From an uncultured bacterium (GTDB taxonomy: Bacteria; Deinococcota; Deinococci; Deinococcales; Trueperaceae): a stretch of DNA of 64,000 bases. Under the pieces are notes generated by a model. The model worked only from the letters and a program-made list of their open reading frames with translations. It ran no database searches and was not told the origin of the DNA. Below, one piece after another: positions 27,181-36,566 of this stretch. The stretch's first letter is position 1. Each line of letters begins with the position of its first letter. The position numbers were made by a program, and so were the translations under genes. The stretch lies in assembly GCA_964536935.1 (NCBI GenBank), contig CAZIBD010000006.1, positions 2,076 through 66,075 on the forward strand, in the 5' to 3' direction.

Positions 27181-29184
27181 TCACCTCTCCTGCATCCTCA
27201 CCCAGCCGCCGACCCAGCCGTTCAGCCCCACGAGGGCGGCGACGGTGCCCACGCCGAACAGGGCGGCCGCCGGCGGCCACGCGCCGGAGGCTGCTGCCAG
27301 CGACACGCCTGCGACCTCCGCGGCGAGCCCGAAGCTCAGGCTGGCCTTCGGCACCCAGGTGCCGCCCGCCGCAGGTACGCGGCGTCCATCCCCCGTGCGG
27401 CGCACCACGGCATCCGCGGCTCGCGCACCATGTGAGCTCGCCGGACGTGCGTGATCGCCAACCACCGTCCGCAAGACCTCGCGCGCGGCAGCCCTTCCTT
27501 GCGCCATGGACGCCACGACGGTCGACGGCCCGGAGAGGGCATCGCCCGCCACCCACACCGACGCGGCCACGGGCGCTTCGGATCGCGACTCCAGGGCCAT
27601 CCTGCGACGCACCAGGCCGGCGATGCGCCGACTTCCGGCGGGCAGGCCGCTACCCAGCAGGGTCCGCGGAGGCACCGTGTTGCGCAGGTCGGGAACCCTT
27701 GCCGGAAGCGTGCCCGCAACGCCGTGCGGCCACGGCCCGCCGACGCGGTATCCCGTCGCCAGCACGACGAGACCGACGTCGAGGCGCTCGCTCGTGCCCC
27801 GGACCACGGTCGGCTTCGCCTGCGACTTCTTCTGACGCGTGTGGGACAAGACGGCGCCCACCACGCGACCTGCCTCGTCGACGTCGAACCGCTCGACCAC
27901 GCGATTGAACGCGATGCGGACCCCTTCGCTCTCCGCCTCGTCCAGCTCGTCGTCGCGCACGGCGGCGAAGCGGCGGTCGAACCAGTCGATGGCGGTCGCC
28001 TCGCAACCCAGCCTCCGCGCGCTCCGCGCCACGTCCATCGCGGTGTTGCCAGCCCCAACGACCAGTACGTGGGTGTCGGGGGGCAGGTCGGGAAGGTTAC
28101 GCCTCCCGTCCAAGAGGGCCAGTCGAGCGCGCCTCAGGAACCGCGTGGCGTCCTCCACCCCCTTCGCGTCGGCTCCCGGCACCGGAAGCCGGGCCGGGTT
28201 GCTGGCGCCCTGCGCCAGGATGACGGCGTCGTACTCGCTCCGCATGCGCTCCAGCGCCGCGTCGTCGACGTCGATCCCCATTCGCACGTCCAGGCCGGCG
28301 CGCACGAGCGCCTCCATCGGCCGCCTCGCGACGCTCTCGGGAAGCGTGAAGTTCGGTATGCCCCACGACAGGACGCCGCCGGTATCGTTCTCGCGCTCGA
28401 ACATCGATACGGTTGCGCCGCTCTCCAGCAGCTCCCAGGCCGCCGCCATGCCGGCCGGCCCGCTGCCCACGATCGCAACACGTTGCCCCGATGTCGTGGC
28501 CTCGGGAGCTCGGACCTCCGGCACGGGTTGCTGCTCGGTGACGAAGCGCTCGAGCAATCCGATCGCCACCGGCTCGCCGCCCGCCAGCTTCCAGCTGCAC
28601 GCCCCCTCACACTGCAGGCTCTGGTCGCACACGATGCTGCAGATGTCGGGCAGGACAGTGGTGGGGCGCAGAGCGGCATGGGCCCCTTCCCAGTCCTCCT
28701 CACGAATGGCCGCGATGAAGGCCGGGATATCGTTGTGGGCGGGACACCCGAGCACGCACGTCGGATCGGGACATTGGAGGCACCGCTCGGCTTCCTGCAG
28801 CGCTTCGGCATACGCGAAGCCTCGCCGCGTCGGGGCGGTGCTGCCCGCGAGGTCGGTCACGGCGGGATGCTGCACTGCGACGCGAGGCGGCGCCAGCACG
28901 GGGCCTTCGATCTCGATGGCGCCGAACGGGCACGTCCGGACGCACTGGCGGCACCCCACGCACAACGCGTCGGTGCCGGCCGCCTTCCAGGCGCCGGGGT
29001 CCAGGTCGAGGGCGCCGGTGGGGCACCGGATCACGCACTCCTGGCACCCCACGCAACGCTCCATGTTCACGAGGATGCGAGGCGCAGCCGTTCCGGTCCC
29101 TCCGTTGCGGCTCGGGAGCTTCACCGGCCGTGCCGTCTCGGGACGGCGGCCACCGTCGGGCTGCCCCTGGGTCGGGATCGTCAT
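27181..29184 (-). CDS. AegA/YgfT-like Fe-S flavoprotein: N-terminal 2x[4Fe-4S] ferredoxin domain + GltD-type NAD(P)H oxidoreductase + hydrophobic C-terminal tail
   Basis: ATG 29184 overlaps the upstream gene's stop (ATGA). Ferredoxin motifs: CVGCQECVIRCP and CVGCRQCVRTCP. GltD-type cluster region: CLQCPDPTCVLGCPAHNDIP. Dinucleotide folds: VAIVGSGPAGMAAAWEL and VLVVGAGNTAMDVARSARRLG. The last ~70 aa contain two hydrophobic stretches. Confidence 0.8.
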   Translation of the reverse strand: MTIPTQGQPDGGRRPETARPVKLPSRNGGTGTAAPRILVNMERCVGCQECVIRCPTGALDLDPGAWKAAGTDALCVGCRQCVRTCPFGAIEIEGPVLAPPRVAVQHPAVTDLAGSTAPTRRGFAYAEALQEAERCLQCPDPTCVLGCPAHNDIPAFIAAIREEDWEGAHAALRPTTVLPDICSIVCDQSLQCEGACSWKLAGGEPVAIGLLERFVTEQQPVPEVRAPEATTSGQRVAIVGSGPAGMAAAWELLESGATVSMFERENDTGGVLSWGIPNFTLPESVARRPMEALVRAGLDVRMGIDVDDAALERMRSEYDAVILAQGASNPARLPVPGADAKGVEDATRFLRRARLALLDGRRNLPDLPPDTHVLVVGAGNTAMDVARSARRLGCEATAIDWFDRRFAAVRDDELDEAESEGVRIAFNRVVERFDVDEAGRVVGAVLSHTRQKKSQAKPTVVRGTSERLDVGLVVLATGYRVGGPWPHGVAGTLPARVPDLRNTVPPRTLLGSGLPAGSRRIAGLVRRRMALESRSEAPVAASVWVAGDALSGPSTVVASMAQGRAAAREVLRTVVGDHARPASSHGARAADAVVRRTGDGRRVPAAGGTWVPKASLSFGLAAEVAGVSLAAASGAWPPAAALFGVGTVAALVGLNGWVGGWVRMQER

Positions 29185-30782
29185 TCCGCACCTCCCATCG
29201 CGATGTACAGAGCGATCATGGCAGCGCCGAGGGCGAGGACGAACAGGGCGCCGAGCACGCGCAGCCAGAGCGGCCGGGCGGTGAACGCCGCCACGTCCCG
29301 CTTCAGGCTTCGATCGGTGGTGTACCAGGTCGCCACTGTGCCGAGCAGCACCACGACCACCTGACTGACGACGATGCCGGACGGCGACAGCAGGTGCACG
29401 CCGTACAGCTTCGAGTGCGCCGTACCGAAGAGGTTCCACCCCACCGAGAACGGGTCCGAGATGGCGGGCACGATGCGCAGAGCGTGATCCCAGAAGCGAG
29501 GGAGCTGCCTGGCGAGGTAGTCGGCGGCCATCAGGGGCAGGAGCCCGTACATGACCGGCATGAACCACGCGAAGTACCCGGCCCGGCTCCCGGAAGAGGC
29601 GTTCGACGAGGCGTTCGGCGACGAAGCCGAGCCTCCCGCAACCTGGACCATCTCTCCCGATGCCTGGCCGCCGGACCTCACGATCAGAGCGGCCGGTTGG
29701 CGACGTTGCAGCGCCACCTTGAGCAGCCAAGCCCAGAGCATCACAATGCCGCCGGCAACCGCGATCAGGGCCAGGTAATCGACCGGATTGGGGTAACCGG
29801 GGAAGTGCATCCACTTGTTCAGCGTGTCGTCCAACGGCCCGTAGAAGGGCAGGGCGTTGAGCTGCTGGAACAGCACCAGACCGAGCAGGATGGCCGCCGC
29901 GACGGAGACGTCCCAGCGCCTGCGCGACGGTTCGGTGACCGAGGTCAGCGGGGGCTGCACGAACAGCCCGATGTTGTCGTACGGGCAGTTCTTGATGCAC
30001 TCGGTGCACAGCCCGCAGAAGGCGTTGGAGGTGGCGCTACCGGGCCACTCGTACCAGGGGCACCCGTAGCCGTCTTCGCTGCCGCGGATGCAGTCCTTGG
30101 TCGGGCAGCTCAGGCAGACGTTGCGATCCTTCGTGCGGAATCCCGTCGCCATGCCGGTGGAGCCGACCGTGCCGATGAGCGACGTGAGTGGGCAGAGGTA
30201 GCGGCAGAAGGTCCGGCGCTCCGTGACCAGGAAGGTGATGAGCGCCAGCGAGATGATCCCGAGCACCATGTAGCTCGTGTAGGCGGGAACGCCCGGCCCT
30301 GCGATGTTGAAGAACTCCTCGGCCCAGGTCAGGCCCACGAACACCACGGCAGAGGTGATGATGCCGATCTGGCTCAGGCTCCGCGGCCAGCGGGCTCCGA
30401 CGCCGATCGAGTTGGCGCGACGGCCCCAGGGGGTGAGGCGCTGGACCCATTCGCCGAACCCTCCGAAGGGGCACATCAGGCACCAGCCGCGTCCGATGCC
30501 GACCATCAGCACGAACACGGCCATGAACCAGATGTACCAGGTGATCACGGTGGAGAAGTTCCGGGTCGGGTTCATGGCACCGATCAGCCCGGTGAAGATC
30601 ACGATCCAGAAGATGATCTGGTTGGGAAGGATGAAGAAGAACTGGAAGCTGCGACTCTTGACCAGCCGCTTCAGCCACGGGATGCGGGTGAGCTCGTAGC
30701 GAGGGTCGGGGTCGGTAGCGCTGAAGTGCGCCTCCATCCCCTCGCATTGGGGTGCTCGGACGCGTCGCTCGCTGACAGCCAT
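29181..30782 (-). CDS. Polytopic membrane 4Fe-4S protein (NapH/NosR/RdhC-like polyferredoxin family)
   Basis: About 10 hydrophobic segments. Paired CxxCP motifs typical of the family: GWCLMCPFGGFGEW and TFCRYLCPLTSL. A cytoplasmic Cys cluster region: CLSCPTKDC...CGLCTECIKNCP. ATG 30782 (GAGGAG upstream) is preferred, but ATG 30737 is possible. Confidence 0.7.
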   Translation of the reverse strand: MAVSERRVRAPQCEGMEAHFSATDPDPRYELTRIPWLKRLVKSRSFQFFFILPNQIIFWIVIFTGLIGAMNPTRNFSTVITWYIWFMAVFVLMVGIGRGWCLMCPFGGFGEWVQRLTPWGRRANSIGVGARWPRSLSQIGIITSAVVFVGLTWAEEFFNIAGPGVPAYTSYMVLGIISLALITFLVTERRTFCRYLCPLTSLIGTVGSTGMATGFRTKDRNVCLSCPTKDCIRGSEDGYGCPWYEWPGSATSNAFCGLCTECIKNCPYDNIGLFVQPPLTSVTEPSRRRWDVSVAAAILLGLVLFQQLNALPFYGPLDDTLNKWMHFPGYPNPVDYLALIAVAGGIVMLWAWLLKVALQRRQPAALIVRSGGQASGEMVQVAGGSASSPNASSNASSGSRAGYFAWFMPVMYGLLPLMAADYLARQLPRFWDHALRIVPAISDPFSVGWNLFGTAHSKLYGVHLLSPSGIVVSQVVVVLLGTVATWYTTDRSLKRDVAAFTARPLWLRVLGALFVLALGAAMIALYIAMGGAE

Positions 30783-31069
30783 GGGCCTCACGCTCCTCGT
30801 GAACGGCGTCACGATAGGCCCGCGTGCCACGGGGCGCCAGTGCCGATGCACCTAGCATCGGCCGTCCGCGATCTAGGACTTTGGACCTAGGTGGGCGCCC
30901 GCGCGCGCCTCAGGGACGGGACGGACGGCCACGATGCCGGCGGCCCGGAGCGGGCCGTCCCTGCCTCTTGCGAACGGCCCTCGATACCAGGCCGCATCAA
31001 CGCGTGGCGACCTATGATGGCGCCCTGGCACCCTGACGTCCGGCACCCGCACCCTTCGGAGGACCCCCG

Positions 31070-31549
31070 ATGCGCATCGCCGCCCCCTACCGCGTCACCC
31101 GCACCTTCACGCAACGGCTGGCCGCCGAACCGGGCCGCGTGGTCCCGCTCCTGTGCCCCGTACGGGAGGCCGACTGGCTCGAGCGCTGGGATCCGACACT
31201 GGTGCTGAGCCACTCCGGGGTCGCCGAGCCGGACGGCGTCTTCACGACCTCCGCCGACGGACGAGAGTCGGTCTGGTACATCACCCGCCATGAGCCCGAG
31301 GCGGGCTTCGTCGAGATGATCCGGATCACACCCCAGGTCACGGCCACGCGGCTCACCATCCAGGTGCGGGCCGCCGATGGCGGCTCCGAGGCCACAGTGC
31401 GCTACACGCACACCAGCCTGGGACCGGAGGGCGACGCCGTGGTGGCGGCGTTCACGGAGGAGCACTACGCGCGCTTCATGCGCGACTGGGAAGTGCGGCT
31501 CAATCACTTCTTGACCACCGGCGAGCTGCTGCGCGGGCATCTTCCCTAG
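31070..31549 (+). CDS. SRPBCC/START-like superfamily protein (function unknown)
   Basis: 159 aa, GGAGGA RBS. A pattern of alternating beta-strands ending in a long C-terminal helix (EEHYARFMRDWEVRLNHFLTTGE), typical of SRPBCC ligand-binding proteins. No catalytic motif recognised. Confidence 0.55.
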   Translation: MRIAAPYRVTRTFTQRLAAEPGRVVPLLCPVREADWLERWDPTLVLSHSGVAEPDGVFTTSADGRESVWYITRHEPEAGFVEMIRITPQVTATRLTIQVRAADGGSEATVRYTHTSLGPEGDAVVAAFTEEHYARFMRDWEVRLNHFLTTGELLRGHLP

Positions 31550-31577
31550 CCCCCGGCAGCAGCTCGCGCAGGGTCGC

Positions 31578-34250
31578 TCACTGCGTCGGCGCCGGCCCCT
31601 TCACCGCGGTGACGAAGGCGCCCGGCCGCACGTACTTCTTGAACGCCGCCTGGATCTGCGCGGCCGTCAGGTCGAGGTAGTGCTGGGCCGCAACCGTGGT
31701 GCTGTCGAGCGGCTTTCCCTCCATCGACAACTGCAGGAGCAGGCCCGCGATATTGCCGAAGCTCGACTCGCCCAGGGGGAGCTGGCGCAGCAGCATGCCC
31801 TTGACCTGGTGGAGCTCGGTGGCCGAGATCGGCGTGTCCTGCATCTGCTTGAGGTCGCGCAGGATGAGCGCCCGCGCTTCGGCCACCTTGCCCGGATCGG
31901 CGCCGTAGGTCACCTGGAAGCGGCTGCGGTTGTGCTGGAGGCTGAACTGGCTCCCTACGCTGTAGACCAGGCCGCGCTTCTCACGCAGGTCGCGCGGCAG
32001 GCGCGCCGCGTAGAAACCGCCGCTGAGCACCATGTTGCCGGCGTTCAGGGCGAAGCGGTCGACGCTGTGGTTGGTGACGTCGACCTGCTCGGCCATCGTC
32101 ACCGAGTCCTGCACGGCTGTCTTGTCGGGGGTGACGAACTGGGTGGCGTTGGTGTTCAGTGGCACCGCCGGGTAGTAGGTGTCGGGTTTGGGACCGGTGG
32201 CGCTCCAGGCGCCGAACGTGGCATCGACCACCGTGCGCGCCTGGGCCGGCGTCACATCGCCGATCACCACGATCGTGGTCATGTCGGGGCGGAAGGTCTG
32301 GGCGTAGTAGTGCTTCACGTCGGCGAGCGTCAGGCTGTTGATCGACTGCGGCGTGGCGTAGCGCAGTCCGGGATCCTGAGCCGGCAGCAGCGCCTTGTCC
32401 AGATGGATGGCATTGAGGAAGTCCGGCGTCTGCAGCTCGCCGGACGTCGCCGCAGCCTCGTTGTGCTGCATGGTGGTGAACGCCTGCTGCGGCATCGCCG
32501 GGTGGAGCTCGTTGTCCGCCAGCAGCTTCATGCCCTGCTCGAAGTTCGCGACCGGCACATCCAGCGAGAAGCTGGAGCCGGCGCTCTCGTGCGCGCTGAT
32601 CTTGTCGAGCGCGGCCTGGAACTGCAAGCGGTCCAAGCTGGTGGTGCCGAAGTCGAACAGATCGCCCAGCACGTAGGCGACGCCCTCCTGCCCCTTGGCC
32701 GCCTGAAGGTCCTGGTTGGTCCGGATCTGGCCGTACACCTCGACCGTCTTGCTCACGCTCTCCGGCTGCACGATCACGCGCAGGCCGTTGGACAGGGTGA
32801 AGCTGGTCGGGTCGATGGCCGAGGACGGCACCTGCAGCTTGGCGAAGGCGCTCTGGGCCCAACTCGGAAGCGTGACCGGACCGGTGGGCTTGCTGCCGAA
32901 GTGCTCGGCGCCGCCGAAGCCCTTGCTGGAGGTCGGTTTGCCGGACGACTGAGGCGTCAGGATGGCGGTGATGGCGTGGGCCGGGTCGAACACGCGGGCG
33001 GCCAGCGCATCGACCTGCGCCGGCGTCACTGCGGCGATCGCCCCCCTCACGGCGTCGGGAGAGCTGGCGTTCTCGAACGCCAGCGCCTGGGACCAGGCGT
33101 TGGCCAGGCCGCTGACCGAGTTCTTCTGGTACTCCAGGTCGGCGATGGCGCGCGCCTTGGCGGCTTCGACCAGGTCGGCAGGGATCCCCTTGGTACGTGC
33201 CTGCTGCAGGATGCCTTGCATGGTCTGCAGCACGCCGTCCGGCTTGCCACCCCGCGCGAACACGCCGACGGCGAAGGCAAGGCCGCTGTGCGGCAGGAAG
33301 CTGCTGGAGAACGTGCCGTACAGCGCCTTGCCGTTCAGGCCCATGGCGTAGAGCTGGCCGCGCTGTGAGCCCATCGCCTGCGAAAGCACCAGAGCCGTGG
33401 CGTAGTCCTTGGAGCGCAGCGAAGGCATGCGGTAGGACACGTACACGACGCCGTACGGGTAATCGGTCGGCAGCTTGACGGTATGCGCCTGCACCGGCTG
33501 GAACTGGAACGACGGCCGTTGCGGGATCGGCTTCCAGGGGATCGACCCGAACTGCGCCTTCACTTCCTTCAGCGCCGCCTGCGGGTCGATGTCGCCGGCG
33601 ATCACCAGGATGGCGTTGTTGGGGGCGTACCAGGTGTCGTGGAACGTCTTCAGCGCGGCCGCCGTGGTCTTGTCGAACGACGGCCGGGTGCCCAGTGGCG
33701 TGTGCTGGTACGGCGTGCCCTGGAACATCCTCGCGCGCAACTCGCTGTAGAACTTGTAGCCCGGGTCGGACATGTCCCGCGAGACTTCCTGCTCGATCGC
33801 GCCGCGCTCCTTAGCCCACTGCGCCGGCGCCATGTCCACCCCACGCATGCGGATCGCGTGGATCCGCAGCGCGACGTCCAGGTCCTGCGCGGGCACGGTG
33901 AAGAAGTACTGGGTCACGCCCTCCGTGGTGTCGGCGTTGAAATCGCCGCCCATGTTCGCGGCCAGCGCCGCGAGCTGGTCCTTGGTGAGCCCCGGGCTGC
34001 CGCGGAACATCATGTGCTCGACAGCGTGCGCGGTTCCGGGGAAGCCCTTGGGCGCCTCGTTGGAGCCGACCAGGTAGTTCACCTCCGTGGTCACCACCGG
34101 GGCAAGCGTGTCACGCACGATGACCACGCGAAGCCCGTTCTGCAGCGTGGCACGGAGGACGTCGGGTGTCTGGGCCGACGCCGCGCCGGCAAGGCTTGCT
34201 GCGCCCGCCACCAGCACCAGCGCTACGGCCAATCGAAAGGCATGCTTCAT
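31578..34250 (-). CDS. Secreted M16-family (pitrilysin/insulinase-like) zinc peptidase, double-length (four M16 halves)
   Basis: From ATG 34250: signal peptide MKHAFRLAVALVLVAGAASLAGAASAQ. Inverted zinc motif GTAHAVEHMMFRGS (HxxEH). About 890 aa, consistent with a fused active + inactive M16 pair. Confidence 0.8.
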   Translation of the reverse strand: MKHAFRLAVALVLVAGAASLAGAASAQTPDVLRATLQNGLRVVIVRDTLAPVVTTEVNYLVGSNEAPKGFPGTAHAVEHMMFRGSPGLTKDQLAALAANMGGDFNADTTEGVTQYFFTVPAQDLDVALRIHAIRMRGVDMAPAQWAKERGAIEQEVSRDMSDPGYKFYSELRARMFQGTPYQHTPLGTRPSFDKTTAAALKTFHDTWYAPNNAILVIAGDIDPQAALKEVKAQFGSIPWKPIPQRPSFQFQPVQAHTVKLPTDYPYGVVYVSYRMPSLRSKDYATALVLSQAMGSQRGQLYAMGLNGKALYGTFSSSFLPHSGLAFAVGVFARGGKPDGVLQTMQGILQQARTKGIPADLVEAAKARAIADLEYQKNSVSGLANAWSQALAFENASSPDAVRGAIAAVTPAQVDALAARVFDPAHAITAILTPQSSGKPTSSKGFGGAEHFGSKPTGPVTLPSWAQSAFAKLQVPSSAIDPTSFTLSNGLRVIVQPESVSKTVEVYGQIRTNQDLQAAKGQEGVAYVLGDLFDFGTTSLDRLQFQAALDKISAHESAGSSFSLDVPVANFEQGMKLLADNELHPAMPQQAFTTMQHNEAAATSGELQTPDFLNAIHLDKALLPAQDPGLRYATPQSINSLTLADVKHYYAQTFRPDMTTIVVIGDVTPAQARTVVDATFGAWSATGPKPDTYYPAVPLNTNATQFVTPDKTAVQDSVTMAEQVDVTNHSVDRFALNAGNMVLSGGFYAARLPRDLREKRGLVYSVGSQFSLQHNRSRFQVTYGADPGKVAEARALILRDLKQMQDTPISATELHQVKGMLLRQLPLGESSFGNIAGLLLQLSMEGKPLDSTTVAAQHYLDLTAAQIQAAFKKYVRPGAFVTAVKGPAPTQ

Positions 34251-34487
34251 TCCAGGTCCTCCCCTGCCACGCTTGCCAGATCGTGCGGTGATCGGGTGTT
34301 CAGCATCGCCGCCGTCCCGGCCCACGCTCCATGGCCCGCGACGACCCCTGCGGTCCGCGGTCGTCCGGCAAACAGCGGCTCGCGCCGGGCGCGCCGGCCG
34401 CTCATGCTCCATACGTAACCAAGAACACCGTGAGAAGGTTCACGGGACGGCGCCGCCGTTCGACGGCGCATGGCCGTCCTTCTCCAC

Positions 34488-35555
34488 TCACAGTCCCTTC
34501 GGGAAGCGGATCCTCCGAGGCTGAACCACGGGTGCGCCGACGTCGAGCTGGACCTGGACGTCCTTGCCCAGTGCGATGGTCCGGGGGTTCCCGCTATACG
34601 GCTGCCCGTTGACGAAGGCGGTGACCTTCCCCTTCGCGGGCCCGACCTGGTTGGCGCCGAGGGGCTCTCCCCAGATGTCGAAGAACTCGCCCAGCGTGTA
34701 GGAGCGCTTCACGGGTGACTCGATATGGATGATCCCGTCCTCGGCGTGCGTGTGGAGCCAGTAGAAGCACTTGCCGGCGTCCACGAACGCCCCGTAGGGC
34801 GAGCTCTGGGCCGAGCGCGGCGGGGCGATGCCGATCCCTGCCGGGACATCGGCCGCCTTGCCGGCCACGAAGATCGTCAGATGCGTGTGCACATGGAACA
34901 GCAGCTGTTCGTTCGTGCTGCAGGAGATCCCGTCGACCGTCTTGCCCGTCGCCGCGGCACCCAGACCCGCGAGCGGCCGAGCTGCGGGCACCGGCACGCC
35001 TTCCGGGCCGATCGGCCCGGTGAAGCCGCGGCTCAGGTCCGTCGTGGCGACCACCAGGGCCTGCATCGTCGCCGCCGGCGAGGCGTTGACGTAGGTGATG
35101 TGCCCGTTCGTTCCGATCAGGTAGTAGACGTTGTCGTACCCGCCCGGGTCGTAGGCCCTCGTCGTCTTCTTCGAAGCCTCGCCCCAGCTCCAGTGCGGGC
35201 TCGCGAACGCCGCTCCCGCGTACTGGCGGCCGAAGGCCGCGATCGACGGCCCCTTGCGACCGAAGTCGTGGTAGCTCTCGAGCTCCACCACCCGCACCCC
35301 GTCGGCGGACAGCACGTCGAGGTTGGACGCGACGGCTTGCGTTCCCTGCTGACAGTGCGCGCACCACGTCGTGACGAACCACAGCAGTGTCGCCTGCCCA
35401 TGGTGGAGATCCAGCGTCTGCGAGGCGCCGGCCGGGGTGGTGTAGGAGACGGTCGGCGCCGTGATTCCGACGTGGAGCACGTTCGGCGACTGGGCCGCGG
35501 CCGCCCGCGACCCGAGGGACGATAGCAGCGCGACGGCCACGGCGACGATGAGCAT
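34488..35555 (-). CDS. Secreted thioredoxin-like (TlpA/redoxin) domain fused to a His-rich C-terminal domain of unknown function
   Basis: Signal peptide MLIVAVAVALLSSLGSRAAAAQ. Redoxin motif LLWFVTTWCAHCQQG. C-terminal domain with LLFHVHTHLTIFV, CFYWLHTHAEDGIIHIES and TLGEFFDIWG. The start is taken at the internal ATG and is uncertain. Confidence 0.65.
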   Translation of the reverse strand: MLIVAVAVALLSSLGSRAAAAQSPNVLHVGITAPTVSYTTPAGASQTLDLHHGQATLLWFVTTWCAHCQQGTQAVASNLDVLSADGVRVVELESYHDFGRKGPSIAAFGRQYAGAAFASPHWSWGEASKKTTRAYDPGGYDNVYYLIGTNGHITYVNASPAATMQALVVATTDLSRGFTGPIGPEGVPVPAARPLAGLGAAATGKTVDGISCSTNEQLLFHVHTHLTIFVAGKAADVPAGIGIAPPRSAQSSPYGAFVDAGKCFYWLHTHAEDGIIHIESPVKRSYTLGEFFDIWGEPLGANQVGPAKGKVTAFVNGQPYSGNPRTIALGKDVQVQLDVGAPVVQPRRIRFPKGL

Positions 35556-36008
35556 GGCGGCACCCGTTGCGCTGCGGCGTTCTCGAAGCCCACGCGCCCG
35601 CCCGGCATGGACCGGACCGTCGCCCACCCGCTGCACGCCCAACGTTCCGCCGATCGCACGACGCTTCCTCGGACACTCACCCATCCCTGGCCTCCTCGAC
35701 GGCGGCGTCTCTCGGGAGGCGCTGCCGGCTCGCGGCGGCGCGCTGACCGCCGCTTCGCATCCGTGCTCGATCTCGCCTGCGAGCCGTCCCAGGCGGTGAC
35801 GCTTCTCATGCTGAGCACTCGGGTGCCCACGTTACGCTCTGCCACCCGGGTGAAGCGTCGTCCGGCGACGGTGGGGCACCGTCGTTGCAGGCGCGTTGGA
35901 CGGGCCCATAGCGAGGAGGAACGAGCCTGCGACCCGCAGGTCCGGGTCGACCGGTCTTTGGTCACCCCGGCCGCAAACCGCCGACCCTTCCGGGCCTAGG
36001 CTGGGACC

Positions 36009-36566
36009 GTGAAGCCGTGGTTGCTCCTCCTCACCATCGGCGCGCTGGCATCGGGGCTCGCCGGGTCCGGCTACGTCCTGGCCCAGGGGGCCCGCCCAGG
36101 CGGTAACGTTGCCGGCTCGAGCACGGCGACGCCGGCCCCGCTCTTCGCCGATGTGCCTCCGTGCCACTGGGCGGCCAAGGCGGTAGCGAAGGTGGCCCAC
36201 GCGGGGATCTTCGTCGGCTTCCCGCCGGACCCCGCCTACCTGAGCGTGAACGCTCTCCGGCAGGTGTTCGAGGGGCTGCGTTGCGGCGACCGGGGATGGA
36301 GCCTACGGTTTCTGACGGGCGCGCCCCATGCGTTCTCCGCGGCGCCCGAACCGGCGCTCGCCGGATTCACACTGAAGCCGAGCATCACCTCCCTGGGCGC
36401 GTCCACGGCCCGCCTGACGTTCCGCCTCCAGGCGGTCGTCGACGAGGGGGGCGGCCCTCACACGCTGGTGCGCCAGGGCAGCGTCACGGTGACGAACACC
36501 AAGGCCGGCTGGCAGATCCCGTACGCGGAGTTGGCCTCGCTGGACCTGCCGTTCTTCCCGCGCTGA
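36009..36566 (+). CDS. Secreted protein with one SLH-like motif
   Basis: GTG 36009. Signal peptide MKPWLLLLTIGALASGLAGSGYVLAQG. FADVPPCHWAAKAVAKVAHAGIFVGFP matches the S-layer-homology pattern (F.DV...HWA.....L...GI..G). Confidence 0.5.
   Translation: MKPWLLLLTIGALASGLAGSGYVLAQGARPGGNVAGSSTATPAPLFADVPPCHWAAKAVAKVAHAGIFVGFPPDPAYLSVNALRQVFEGLRCGDRGWSLRFLTGAPHAFSAAPEPALAGFTLKPSITSLGASTARLTFRLQAVVDEGGGPHTLVRQGSVTVTNTKAGWQIPYAELASLDLPFFPR

Noticed and set aside
27181-30009. A 942-aa ORF read as a single giant protein.
   Set aside because: Only the part from ATG 29184 has Fe-S and GltD motifs. The upstream 275 aa overlap the membrane polyferredoxin gene in another frame and are Arg/Pro/Gly junk. 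The ATGA overlap at 29181-29184 marks the real boundary.
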